Shown: positions 45,351 through 55,824 of the stretch, one piece after another | Position numbering within the stretch: the first letter of the stretch is position 1 | Layout of the letters: each line of letters begins with the position of its first letter | DNA from: Alphaproteobacteria bacterium | GTDB lineage: Bacteria > Pseudomonadota > Alphaproteobacteria > SHVV01 | Length of the DNA: 64,000 bases | Assembly (NCBI GenBank): GCA_965261645.1 | Contig: CBDHDJ010000004.1 | Location: 1,397,273-1,461,272, forward strand | Direction: 5' to 3' | Program-made: the position numbers and the translations under genes | Notes under the pieces: generated by a model | The model's input: the letters and a program-made list of their open reading frames with translations, nothing else | The model's database searches: none | What the model was told of the DNA's origin: nothing

Positions 45351-46124
45351 ATGGCCGAGGGACGATTGATAACGGCAGAATCACCTGCCAGGCCGGCGTG
45401 GCGCGTGCCCGATGGGCACCGGGTCTACGCCATAGGAGACATTCACGGCCGGCGGGATCTTCTCGCCAACCTGCACGAGCGCATTCTCGGCGACGGCGCG
45501 AACGAGAAAAATATAGAAAAAACAATTGTTTACCTCGGAGATTATATCGACCGCGGTGACGAAAGCGCGGGCGTTATCGGCTTGCTTCTCGACCAACCGC
45601 TGGCCGGATTCGCCAGCATCCACCTCAAGGGCAATCACGAGGAGATGCTGCTCAGGTTCCTCGACGATGTCGCGGTCGGCGAGGTTTGGCTGTGGAACGG
45701 CGGCGATGCGACGATGCGGAGCTATGGTCTCGATGTTCCCGCGTATGACCAGCTCACTGCGCCGTCGCCCGATGGCCTCGCCGCCTGGCAGCGCCAACTG
45801 GCAGACCGCGTACCGCCCGCGCACCTGGATTTCCTGCGCAGGCTCGCGCTCCATCACACGGCCGGCGCGTATCTTTTCGTCCACGCGGGCATACGGCCCG
45901 GTGTTCCCCTGGCGGCGCAACGCGCCAACGACCTGATATGGATCCGCGAGCCGTTCCTGTCGTCCACCGCAGAGCACGGCATGATCGTGGTGCACGGCCA
46001 CACCATCTTCCCGGAAGTTTCGATCAGGCCCAACCGTATCGGCATCGATACCGGGGCGTTCGCGACCGATTGCCTGAGTTGCTTGGTTCTCGAGGGTCAC
46101 GACCGGCGTCTGCTCCACACTTGA
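45351..46124 (+). CDS. Metallophosphoesterase (PphA/Ser-Thr phosphatase-like)
   Basis: GDIHG, GDYIDRG, GNHE, FVHAG, HGHT, IDTGA. Confidence 0.93.
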   Translation: MAEGRLITAESPARPAWRVPDGHRVYAIGDIHGRRDLLANLHERILGDGANEKNIEKTIVYLGDYIDRGDESAGVIGLLLDQPLAGFASIHLKGNHEEMLLRFLDDVAVGEVWLWNGGDATMRSYGLDVPAYDQLTAPSPDGLAAWQRQLADRVPPAHLDFLRRLALHHTAGAYLFVHAGIRPGVPLAAQRANDLIWIREPFLSSTAEHGMIVVHGHTIFPEVSIRPNRIGIDTGAFATDCLSCLVLEGHDRRLLHT

Positions 46125-46236
46125 GCACACCACCGCGAAGCCATAAAACCCGTGTCGCGCCGGAGCCGTTTCCTATAAAAGAAGGGCGCAAGAATAAGGG
46201 CGCGCCACCGGCGCCAAGGGACAGTTGCGGAGCGGC

Positions 46237-46815
46237 ATGGATCTCGAGCGCTTTTTCGAAGCGGAGTTTGCCGAACACGAGGCTTTGACGCGAACCACCG
46301 CGGCGGCGGTGAAGGAGCCTTTTGCTAGGCTCGTAACGGTCTGCGCAGAAGCCGTGCGCGCTGGCCGCAAGATCGTTTTTTTCGGCAACGGGGGAAGCGC
46401 GGCCGATGCCCAGCACCTAGCCGCTGAACTCGTCGTCCGCTACAAGCAGGATCGTGCGCCCATCGCGGCGCTCGCGCTCACCACCGATACCTCCAGTCTG
46501 ACCGCGATCGGCAACGATTTGGGTTTCGAGCACCTGTTCGCCCGCCAAGTTCACGCGCTTTGCGTGGAGGGCGATGTGGTCATCGGCCTGACGACGTCGG
46601 GCCGGAGCTGTAACGTCATTCTGGCGCTCGATGCGGCGCGCGAGATCGGCGCCGTGCCGGCCGCGTTGTCGGGCGGCAGCGGGGGCGCTCTGCCGGGTCT
46701 GGCCGATCCCCTGCTCGTCGTCCCCTCGACGACCACGGCACGCATTCAGGAAATGCACATCACGCTTGGTCAAATGCTGTGCGGCGCGCTCGAGGTCGAG
46801 CTCGGTCTCGTCTGA
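46237..46815 (+). CDS. gmhA: Phosphoheptose isomerase
   Basis: GNGGSAADAQHLAAE, TAIGND, TSGRS, RIQEMH. Confidence 0.95.
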   Translation: MDLERFFEAEFAEHEALTRTTAAAVKEPFARLVTVCAEAVRAGRKIVFFGNGGSAADAQHLAAELVVRYKQDRAPIAALALTTDTSSLTAIGNDLGFEHLFARQVHALCVEGDVVIGLTTSGRSCNVILALDAAREIGAVPAALSGGSGGALPGLADPLLVVPSTTTARIQEMHITLGQMLCGALEVELGLV

Positions 46816-46830
46816 GGGCGGCGGGTCGCG

Positions 46831-48303
46831 ATGGCGTATTCGACATCTCTGCTCGACTGGCTCGACAAGATGCGCGGCGTCCACGTGCTGTGCGTCGGCG
46901 ATGTGATGCTCGATCTCTATGTCTATGGTGCGGTGGACCGCGTCTCGCCCGAGGCGCCTATCCCGGTCATCCAAATCGAGCGCGAGGACGCCATGTTGGG
47001 CGGCGTGGGAAACGTGGTCCGCAACGTCGTCGCGCTGGGCGGCAGCGCCACCATCGTCGCGGTCAGGGGCGATGACGGGGCGGGCGCCGCCATCATGGGC
47101 CTGCTGGCGAACGAATCGCGGATGCGCGACGAGATTTGCATCGATCCCGGCCGCCTGACCACCGTCAAGACCCGCTATGTCGCAGGCAGCCAGCAACTCC
47201 TGCGCGCGGATCACGAGACCCGTCAGCCGCTGAGTGGGGAGCTGGTGGTCAACCTCCTGGCGGCTGTCGACGGCGCGCTGGCCGAAGCCGATATCGTCAT
47301 TTTGTCCGATTACGACAAAGGCGTGGTGACCGACGAGGTGATCGCCGGGGTCGTCCGGCATGCCGGTGCGGCCAGCAAGCCCGTGCTGGTCGATCCCAAG
47401 AGCTCCGATTTCTCCCGCTATCGCGGCGTCGACTTGCTCACGCCCAATCAGGCGGAATTGGCAGCCGCGGTTCGCCGGCCGCTCATCGAGGACGACGCCC
47501 TGGTCGCGGCCGCTCAGGAGGTCATCGAGTCATGCGAGATCGGCGCCGTGCTGGTCACGCGCGGTGAACGCGGCATGTCGCTCGCCGGGCGGGACGGCAG
47601 CGCCCGGCACCTGCCGATCAAGGCGCGCGAGGTGTACGATGTATCCGGCGCTGGCGATACCGTGATGGCGACGCTCGCGCTTGCCGATGGGGCAGGCGCA
47701 TCGCTCGGCGAGGCCGCGGCGCTCGCCAACGCTGCCGCCGGTATAGTTGTTGGCAAAGTCGGCACCTCGGTGGTGTTTCCAGGCGAGATCGCCGATGCGC
47801 TGCGCGCCTCTGAGGGGTTGGCCAGTGACATCAAGATCTGCGCTCTCAGCGTGGCCCTCGATCGGATTGGCCAGTGGCGCGATCAGGGTGCGCGAATCGG
47901 CTTCACGAATGGCTGTTTCGATCTACTTCATCCCGGGCATGTCTCGCTTCTCGAGCAAGCCCGCGCCGCCTGCGATCGTCTGGTGATCGGGCTCAACTGC
48001 GATGAATCCACGCGCCGTCTCAAGGGCCCCGATCGTCCGATCAACCCACAATACGAGCGCGCCATCGTGCTCGCCTCGCACAGTGCCGTAGATCTGGTGG
48101 TGACCTTCGAGGAGGACACGCCGATACGGTTGATCGAGTCGATCCGCCCCGATGTTCTGATCAAAGGCGCTGATTACCAGCGTGACGATGTGATCGGCGG
48201 CGATTTCGTGGAAACCTACGGTGGCAAGGTGGTGTTGGCGAAGCTTCGGCCCGGCTACAGCACGATCGACGCCCTGGCCAGGTTGAATGGCCGGAACTCG
48301 TGA
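46831..48303 (+). CDS. hldE: Bifunctional heptose kinase/adenylyltransferase
   Basis: RVSPEAPIP, DVSGAGDT, FTNGCFDLLHPGH, KGADY. Confidence 0.96.
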   Translation: MAYSTSLLDWLDKMRGVHVLCVGDVMLDLYVYGAVDRVSPEAPIPVIQIEREDAMLGGVGNVVRNVVALGGSATIVAVRGDDGAGAAIMGLLANESRMRDEICIDPGRLTTVKTRYVAGSQQLLRADHETRQPLSGELVVNLLAAVDGALAEADIVILSDYDKGVVTDEVIAGVVRHAGAASKPVLVDPKSSDFSRYRGVDLLTPNQAELAAAVRRPLIEDDALVAAAQEVIESCEIGAVLVTRGERGMSLAGRDGSARHLPIKAREVYDVSGAGDTVMATLALADGAGASLGEAAALANAAAGIVVGKVGTSVVFPGEIADALRASEGLASDIKICALSVALDRIGQWRDQGARIGFTNGCFDLLHPGHVSLLEQARAACDRLVIGLNCDESTRRLKGPDRPINPQYERAIVLASHSAVDLVVTFEEDTPIRLIESIRPDVLIKGADYQRDDVIGGDFVETYGGKVVLAKLRPGYSTIDALARLNGRNS

Positions 48304-48342
48304 GCGTGTGCGTGCCCTGATCGGTTGCACGGGGGGGTTATC

Positions 48343-49377
48343 GTGATTGTCGTCACCGGCGGTGCCGGCTTCATCGGGTCCAATATCGTGGCCGCTCTGG
48401 AGGCGCGCGGGATACACGATACCGTCGTGTGCGACGAGGTCGGCCACGGCGACAAGTGGCGGAACCTGGCCAAGCACGAGATCGCGGACATCGTTCCGCC
48501 CGAGGCGCTCTTCGATGTCCTCGCCGGCACCTATGGCGGGCGGGAAAGCGAGGGCCTGCTCGATCTCTTCGGCGGAAAATCGGGCCGCGTCGATCTGATC
48601 ATTCACATGGGCGCGAACTCGTCGACGACCGACACCGACGCCGATCTCGTTCTGGCGCAGAACTTCAGGTTTACCCGAAGGTTGTGGAACTGGTGCGCGG
48701 CCCATGGCACGCGGTTCATTTACGCCTCGTCGGCGGCGACCTACGGCGACGGGTCACAAGGTTTCGACGACGACGGCTCGATCGAGGCGCTCGCTAAGCT
48801 CCGCCCGCTCAACCTCTATGGCTGGAGCAAGCATCTGTTCGACCGGCGCGCGGCGCGGCTCGTTGCACAGGGCGATGCGCATCCGCCGCAATGGGCCGGG
48901 CTGAAGTTCTTCAACGCCTATGGGCCCAACGAGTATCACAAGGGTCGGATGCGGAGTGTCGTCCACCAGGCCTACGAAGTCGCGGCCGAAGGGGCGCCGG
49001 TGCGGCTGTTCAAATCACACCGGCCGGAATACGAGAATGGTGGCCAGCTCCGCGACTTCGTCTACATCGACGATTGTATCGGCGTGATCCTTTGGCTTAT
49101 CGACCATCCGGGCGTGAACGGCGTGTTCAATCTCGGCACCGGGACGGCGCGCAGCTTCGCCGATCTCGCCGCGGCGGTGTTCGCCGCGCTCGATCGCGAT
49201 GTGCGGATCGACTATATCGATATGCTGGAGGACATCCGCCCGCGCTATCAGTATTTCACCGAGGCGCGCATGGACCGCCTCCGGGCGGCCGGCTACGACC
49301 GCCCGTTCACGCCGCTCGAACAGGGCGTCGCCACCTACATCAAGGACTATCTCGCGACCGCCGATCCCTACCGGTAG
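48343..49377 (+). CDS. hldD: ADP-L-glycero-D-manno-heptose-6-epimerase
   Basis: VTGGAGFIGSN, YASSAATYG, PLNLYGWSK, YGPNEYHKG. Confidence 0.95.
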   Translation: MIVVTGGAGFIGSNIVAALEARGIHDTVVCDEVGHGDKWRNLAKHEIADIVPPEALFDVLAGTYGGRESEGLLDLFGGKSGRVDLIIHMGANSSTTDTDADLVLAQNFRFTRRLWNWCAAHGTRFIYASSAATYGDGSQGFDDDGSIEALAKLRPLNLYGWSKHLFDRRAARLVAQGDAHPPQWAGLKFFNAYGPNEYHKGRMRSVVHQAYEVAAEGAPVRLFKSHRPEYENGGQLRDFVYIDDCIGVILWLIDHPGVNGVFNLGTGTARSFADLAAAVFAALDRDVRIDYIDMLEDIRPRYQYFTEARMDRLRAAGYDRPFTPLEQGVATYIKDYLATADPYR

Positions 49378-49404
49378 GCCGGCCGAGCCACCCTCCGGTG
49401 CCTG

Positions 49405-49869
49405 TCAGAAATCGGGGTCCTGCACACGGTTCAGTCGGCTGGCGGCGTAAAGCGCGAAGCGCCGCGTCTCCTTCTGCCGCAGGCCCGCCGCCATGGGGTT
49501 GACCGGGGCGTCGCGTGCGATCTCCTCGCCAAAGCGGTCGGCAATGATGAGCCCGGCGTCAACCGGCAGGATATCGCTGGGAAAACTCTCCGCCACGGCG
49601 AAGAAGAACTGATCGCAAAAGCGCACGTAGTGCTGCCATTTGTCGTCGGCACGGAAATCGGCGACGCTCGATTTGACCTCCGCCACGATCACGCGGCCCC
49701 GGCGGTTGAGCGCAAAAACATCAACACGGCGTCCCGAGCTCAAGCAGAACTCGGCGAGCGCGCCGTAACCCATGTTGCGCAACAGGCGCATGACGCCGCG
49801 CGCGAGCGGCGCGGCGTCCACCTCGCTGTGCCTGAAGGATCGCAGGTCGAGCTCGAGTTCCTGCTGCAC
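49405..49869 (-). CDS. mmcB: MmcB-family DNA repair endonuclease-like protein
   Basis: ARGVMR..EF.LSSGRRVD..AEVKSSVADFRADDKW..CDQFFFAV; GAGGAGG before the GTG start. Confidence 0.85.
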   Translation of the reverse strand: MQQELELDLRSFRHSEVDAAPLARGVMRLLRNMGYGALAEFCLSSGRRVDVFALNRRGRVIVAEVKSSVADFRADDKWQHYVRFCDQFFFAVAESFPSDILPVDAGLIIADRFGEEIARDAPVNPMAAGLRQKETRRFALYAASRLNRVQDPDF

Positions 49870-50008
49870 GGGGACTCCCCTCCTCACGCCCGGCGCGCAT
49901 GGGTGCCGCCTCCATGGCGGCGCGAACTATTAGCAACCGATCTCTTTAATCCTACATAATAGAGGCTATGTATTGCCCGGTAGGTGGGGCGCTCGGCTGA
50001 ATCACAAC

Positions 50009-51235
50009 ATGGAACCGAGAACGACTATCGACATCGCCAAGTGGGTGGTCGACGAGGGCTTGAGCGGCACGCCCGAGGTCGACCTCCTGAGTGGCTTCTG
50101 CGACCACCTCGTCGAAGCGGGAATCCCGATGATGCGGACCATGATCGCCCAGCCTACGCTGCATCCCGTGGTTGCGGCGCGCGGTTTCCATTGGCGGCGG
50201 AACGGGAACGGCACGGTCCAGGAAGACTGGGAGCGGACCGTCGCGGAGGCCGGCGAGGAGTACAAGAAAAGCCCCTTCTTTTACATGCTCGAAACCGGCA
50301 CGACGCGCTTGCGCCACCGTCTCGAGAGAGGCAATGAGCAGCTCGAATTCCCCTTGCTCGAGAAGTTTCGCGACGAGGGCGGAACCGACTATCTCGCTGT
50401 CAGGACCGAGTTCGGTGAGGCCGACCGGCTGGGACCCGTCAGGGGCCTGCTCTCGTCATGGACGAGCGACGGGCCTTCCGGGTTCAGCGATGAGGATCTG
50501 ACCGCCATCGAACAGCTACTGCCGGTTCTCGCGCTCGCCTTCAAGGGCGCCTCGACCTACCGCATCGCCAACAGCGTCGCCTAGACCTATCTCGGCGCGG
50601 AGGCAGGCCGCCGGGTGCTCCATGGCGAGATCGAACGCGGGTCATTCGAGACCATCGATGCGGTCCTGTGGTACTGCGACCTCCAGGGCTTCACCAAGAT
50701 CTCCGAAACCACGCCGATCGGTGACATCATCGAGATGCTGAACGCGTATTTCGAATGCATGGTCGAGCCCATTCACGCCCATGGCGGCGAGGTGCTCAAG
50801 TTCATGGGCGATGGCTTCCTCGCCTTCTTCAAGCTCGATGACACCTTAAATGTGTGCCGCGGCGCGCTGGATGCAGCGGATGAGGCGTTGGCGCGGGTGG
50901 CGGAGCTCAACCGGACGCGCGGGGCGGCGGGTCAGCCGATCACCGAGTTCTCTCTTGCGCTTCACCTCGGCAATGTGATGTACGGCAATATCGGCTCGCG
51001 CGATCGGCTCGACTTCACGGTGGTCGGCCCGGCGGTCAACGAGGTCAGCCGCATCGAGGCCATGTGCGGCTCGCTCGACCGCAACATGGTGATCTCTTCG
51101 GCGTTTTACGCAGCGGCGGATGAGTGCCGGGGCCGGCTCGTGTCGCTCGGCCGCTATGCGCTCCGTGGCATGGTCCGTCCGCAGGAGCTCTTTACGCTCC
51201 TGTCGCCTGACGATTTAGCGCGCGAAGGGAAGTAG
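50009..51235 (+). pseudogene. Adenylate/guanylate cyclase with an in-frame nonsense codon
   Basis: Same frame across TAG at 50582-50584 (NSVA*TYLG); CDLQGFT, KFMGDG, GNIG..DFTVVGPAVN..SRIE. Confidence 0.88.
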
Positions 51236-51277
51236 ACGCTCGCGTGACCGCATGGGTGGCGTGACGCCGCCCGCGCC

Positions 51278-52455
51278 TTACTCGGGCAGCAGTGTCCGAT
51301 GGAGGATGGCTGTTTCGAGCCGGGTGTTGACGAGGCTGGCGTGGCTGAGATTGGCGCGGGTCAGGTTGGCGCCACTGAGATCGGCGCCCTCTAGATTGGT
51401 CGGCCACGAACGGCCGGTCTCATCGCCCCGGCGATCCTTGAGCGGCATGGGCAGGAGATGCGCCCCGCGCAGCTTCGCCTGGTCGAGAAGCGCGTGGCTG
51501 AGGTTGGTGCCCCGCATGTCGGCCAATGAGAAATCGGCACGCGACAGACTCGCACCGGAAAAGTCGGTAAACAACAACGTGGCGCGCGTAAAGTTCATGT
51601 CCGTCAGGTTGGCATTGCGAAAGTCGGCGCCGCTCAGAGCCACGCCGCACAGGTCGGCGTTGGTCAGCTCGCGGTTCGCCATCATGGCCCGCGCGCCGCG
51701 GGTCCCGTCGGTGCTGGTCCACAGCACGTGCTGTTTGATGATTTCCTGGAGCTCGCCGGGCAGACCCTCAAGCCGGGCGCCCAGGTTGGCGGTGTCCGTG
51801 TTGGCCACCGACAGATCGACGTCCTCGAACGTGACCCCGCTGAGGTTCGCGCCCCGAAAATCAGTCGCGGTGACGATGGCGTTGCTGAGGTCCGCGCCCG
51901 ACAGGTCCGCCTCGCGAAGCTTGGCACGCACCAGATTGGCGCCGCCGAGATTAGCGCTGGAGAGATCCGCCCGTGTAAGTTCGGCCTTCCGGAAGTTGGC
52001 GTGGGTGAGCGAGGCACCGGCGAGATAGGCTTCGCTAAGATTGGCTTTCTCGAAATCGGCATCGTCGAGTTCGGCGTTGGACAGATCCGTCCGGCGCACC
52101 GGCCGGATGTCGGTGTCGAGCGCACCGGGCCTGAGGTCGGCCTCGCGCAGGTCGGCACCGCGCAAATTCGTTTCGTGGGCATCCGCGCCTCTGAGATCGG
52201 CCCGGAAGAACTGTGCGTTGGGGGATACCGAGCGCTCGAGATTGACGCAGAACATGTCGGCAAACCTGAAGTCGGCCTCATCCAGTATCGCGTCGCTCAA
52301 ATCAGCGCCGGTCAGCTGGCCGACTGGAGGTTGATTTTGGGCAGTCGCATGCCAGACAGATCGGCGAATTTCAGGTCGGCGCGCCGGCCGCCCATCAGGC
52401 CGTGGACATAGCGATCATGGTCCTTGACGATGCTGCCGAACTGTTCTGGCGTCAT
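51278..52455 (-). pseudogene. Pentapeptide-repeat protein, frameshifted near the 5' end
   Basis: N-terminus MTPEQFGSIVKDHDRYVHGLMGGRRADLKFADLSG stops at about 52313; A(D/N)L repeats continue in another frame (ORF 51278-52300). Confidence 0.8.
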
Positions 52456-52774
52456 GGAACACGTCCGTCCCTGCACAAAGCTGAGAGGCTGCCTTTCGCA
52501 CAGATCGAGCAGAATGTACCGGGGTGCGTCGTGTCAGCGCTTTGGGGCCGCTTTTTTCCCGCTCCCCGTTTAGCCTCCCGCCGCTAGAGGTTACACCGGG
52601 TGGGACGCTTTGCCATTAGGGGAAAACCCGGATACCAAACGCCGCTCGGCGAACCCATCGGATGATTCGGCAGGGCCTTGCGCCGGCGCCTGAAATACCG
52701 TGTGGCGCTGGCCTGCATGGACACGTTTGTGGGGCTCCCCTACACTCGTCGGCCTATCCCGATCCCCGGCCGCC

Positions 52775-54546
52775 ATGTCCTCACCGCCCGTCAAACGCCG
52801 ACTCGCCGCCATCCTCAGCGCGGACGTGGCGGGCTATAGCCGGCTCATGGGCGACGATGAGGAGGCGACGCTTCAGACCCTCACCACCTATCACTCGGCA
52901 ATCGAGGCCGGCGTGGGACGTCACGACGGCCGCGTCGTCGGCACCGCCGGGGACAGTGTCCTGGCCGAGTTTCCGAGCGCGGTCGACGCTGTGCGCTGCG
53001 CCGTCGAAATCCAGGACGAAATCGCCGGTCTCAATCAGGCCCTGCCCGAGGATCGCCGCATGGCCTTTCGCATTGGCATCAATCTCGGCGATGTGATGGT
53101 CGAGGACGACAATATCTTCGGCGACGGAGTGAATATCGCGGCCCGGCTGGAGACCATCGCGGAGCCCGGCGGCATCTGCATCTCGCGTAGCGTTTACGAC
53201 CAGGTCAGCAACAAGATCGACCTCGCGTATGAGGACCTCGGCGAGCGTGAGCTCAAGAACATCGCCCAACCCGTTGCCGCCTATCGCGTGTGTCGGGCGG
53301 ACGAGGCGGCTGCGCCGGCGCCCACGACGGACCCCGCGGCGCGCCCTATCGCGCCCCCAATTGCCGACAAGCCGTCGATCGTCGTGCTGCCGTTTGACAA
53401 CATGAGCGCCGATGAGGAGCAAGGCTACTTCGCCGATGGCATCGCCGAGGACATCATCACCGATCTCTCGAAAGTCTCCGGCCTCTTCGTCATCGCCCGC
53501 AACTCGGCCTTTACCTACAAGGGCCGCGCGGTGAGCGCACCCGACATCGCGGCTGAGCTCGGCGTCCGCTATATCGTCGAGGGGAGCGTGCGCAAGGCCG
53601 GCCAGCGGGTTCGCATCAACGCCCAGCTCATCGACGGCACCCCGGCGGGCACCTGTGGGCCGAGCGTTACGACCGCGAGCTCGACGATATCTTCGCGGTG
53701 CAGGACGAGGTGACCCACCAAATCGTCGAGGCGCTCAGGGTCAACCTCACGCCCGAGGAAGAACAGCGCATCGCCGGGCGCGGCACGACCAGTCTCGAGG
53801 CGTACGATTACTACCTGCGCGGGCGCGAAGTCTCCCCCAGTTCCGTTGCGGAGACGAACCTGCAGGCGCGGGAGCTGTTTCAGCGCGCCGCCGAGCTCGA
53901 CCCCGGCTTCGCCGCGGCGCAGGCGGGCGTCGCCATGGGCTACGTGCTGGAGTACGTGAACCGCTGGACCGATCAATGGCCGTAGGCGCTCGACCAAGCG
54001 GAGGCGCATGCCCGCGACGCCGTGGCCCGTGACGATTCCGAACCCTTGGCCCATTGGGTCCTGGGCATCGCTCATCTGTGGCGCAAGGATTTAGCATCCG
54101 CCGATGTTGAGGCGCGCCGCACCCTCGAGTTCGAACCCAATTCGGCCGAGGGCCATGCGCTGCTCGCCAACGTAAGGGACTTCACCGGGCGCTCGGCCGA
54201 AGCGGTCGAGCTTTTCAGCGCGAGTATGCGCCTCGATCCCGAGTATCCCGATCAGTACCTCCATTTCCTCGGGCGCGCGCACTTCAACCTCGGCCATGAC
54301 GGCGAGGCGATCGCCATTTTCCGCCGGCGCATCGAGCGCAATCCTAAAACCGACGTCACCCGCGTGCTGCTGGCCGCCGCGCTTGGCCATCTCGGCCGGC
54401 CGGGCGAAGCGCGGGCGGTGTGGGACGAGCTTCTCGAGGTCAACCCCGGCTACTCGCTCGAGCACCTGAGCGAGACCATGCCCTATGCCGATGCCAAACC
54501 TATCGAGCGGATTTTCGCGGGGTTGAAAACAGCGGAATTGCCGTGA
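52775..54546 (+). pseudogene. Adenylate cyclase / TolB-N / TPR protein with a frameshift and a nonsense codon
   Basis: RRLAAILSADVAGYSRLM, GDGVNIAARLE, KPSIVVLPFDNMS; frameshift near 53640 (to GHLWAERYDR); TAG at 53983-53985. Confidence 0.88.
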
Positions 54547-54587
54547 GATTGGCCCAGGGGTCCGGTTGATCGGGCCCGCATTGCCCC

Positions 54588-55001
54588 TCACAACACCACA
54601 TCGAACTCCATCTCGACGGTGAGGTCCGGCACGGCGAGCGCGGCCACGCCAATCAGCGTGCTGGTCGGCGCTCCATCGGCGGCGAACACGGCTTTGTTCG
54701 CCGCGGCGACGTGGCCGAGTTTGTCCTCGTCGAGACCGACGACGAAGATGCGCATGTGCACCACGTTCTCGTAGGTGGCGCCGACTGCCTTGAGCGCATG
54801 GCCGAGATTTTCGAGCGTGCCGCGGCACTGCGCCGGGAAACTGCCATCGCCGATGGGGTTGCCGCTGGGATCCCAGGCCACCAGCCCCGACAGGTGCACC
54901 GTTTTCCCCGAGCCCCCTTCGGTCGTGATGATCTGGGTGAAGCCGTAGGGCCGGCCGTCGAACAAGGTCTCGGGATGGAGGTGGTGAATCGTTGCAGGCA
55001 T
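54588..55001 (-). CDS. RidA/YjgF-family protein
   Basis: VHLSGLV, LENLGHAL, PTSTLIGVAAL..VEME. Confidence 0.88.
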   Translation of the reverse strand: MPATIHHLHPETLFDGRPYGFTQIITTEGGSGKTVHLSGLVAWDPSGNPIGDGSFPAQCRGTLENLGHALKAVGATYENVVHMRIFVVGLDEDKLGHVAAANKAVFAADGAPTSTLIGVAALAVPDLTVEMEFDVVL

Positions 55002-55028
55002 GGGGCGTCCTTTCGTTCTAGCGGGCGG

Positions 55029-55736
55029 TCAGCCGAGATGGGCCGCGAGGAACTCGAGCGTGCGCCGATTGGCGAGCTCGGCGGCGTCTTCGACGTAGTT
55101 AAAATATTTTGTGCCGAGGCGCGCGAAACCGTGATCGAGGCCCGGGTAGCGGTGGATCGTGACGAGCGCGTGATCGGCCAGCGCTGAAGTGAAGGTGGCG
55201 ATCGCCTCCGGCGTCATCGTCTGATCGGCGTCGGCGACGTGAAGCATCAGCGGCTTGGCGATCGCGCCCGCCTCATCGAGCCTTTGCTCGATGCCGACGC
55301 CGTAATAGCCCACCGCGCAGTCGGCGTCGGTGCGCGCCGCGAGCAGGTAGGCCAGGAGGCCGCCAAGACAGTAGCCCACACCACCCACACGGCCGGTGCA
55401 CCCTTCGAGGCCGCAGAGGTGCGCGATGGTCGTTCGCAGATCCACGATGCCGGTATCGACATCGAACGAATCCAGCAGGGCAAAGGCATGTTTGACGTCG
55501 TCTTCCAATCTATCGGTCAGGTCGTAGAGCCCGGGCTCCTGGCGCCGGTAGAGATCGGGGCCGAGCGCGATGTAACCGGCCTGGGCGAGGACGTCGCAAA
55601 CGTGGCACACGAAGGGGTTGAGACCGAACATCTCCTGCATGACCACAGCGCCGGGCCCGGCTCCCGGTTCCGGGGTGGCCAGGTACGCGGCGAACGAGCC
55701 GTCCGCGCCGGAGAGCGTCGTCATCGAACCGGCCAT
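55029..55736 (-). CDS. Dienelactone hydrolase family protein
   Basis: QEMFGLN, PDLY, GYCLGG, GYYG, YPGLDHGF. Confidence 0.92.
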   Translation of the reverse strand: MAGSMTTLSGADGSFAAYLATPEPGAGPGAVVMQEMFGLNPFVCHVCDVLAQAGYIALGPDLYRRQEPGLYDLTDRLEDDVKHAFALLDSFDVDTGIVDLRTTIAHLCGLEGCTGRVGGVGYCLGGLLAYLLAARTDADCAVGYYGVGIEQRLDEAGAIAKPLMLHVADADQTMTPEAIATFTSALADHALVTIHRYPGLDHGFARLGTKYFNYVEDAAELANRRTLEFLAAHLG

Positions 55737-55824
55737 GGAATGCTCCCTCTCAGGCCCAACGAAAGGCGGGAGGCCCGATGCCTCCCGTCCTCGTAGTGGC
55801 CCCGACACGGCTGTGCGCGGTGCG

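Noticed and set aside
49920-49940. LexA box upstream of mmcB
   Set aside because: GAAC-TATTAG-CAAC does not fit the alphaproteobacterial GAAC-N7-GAAC spacing or sequence.
51278-52300. Periodic DNA resembling a repeat array or CRISPR
   Set aside because: The periodicity comes from pentapeptide coding repeats. There are no identical repeats with unique spacers and no cas genes.
52590-52640. c-di-GMP-I riboswitch-like string GGTGGGACGC upstream of the cyclase
   Set aside because: It is followed by TTTGCC rather than AAAG, and the upstream GGCAAAC/GNRA stem is missing.
50582-53985. Stop-codon recoding (TAG readthrough or pyrrolysine) in the cyclases
   Set aside because: TAG terminates many core genes here (nusA, rpsO, pnp, gyrB), and neighbouring genes also carry frameshifts. 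Decay is the simpler explanation.
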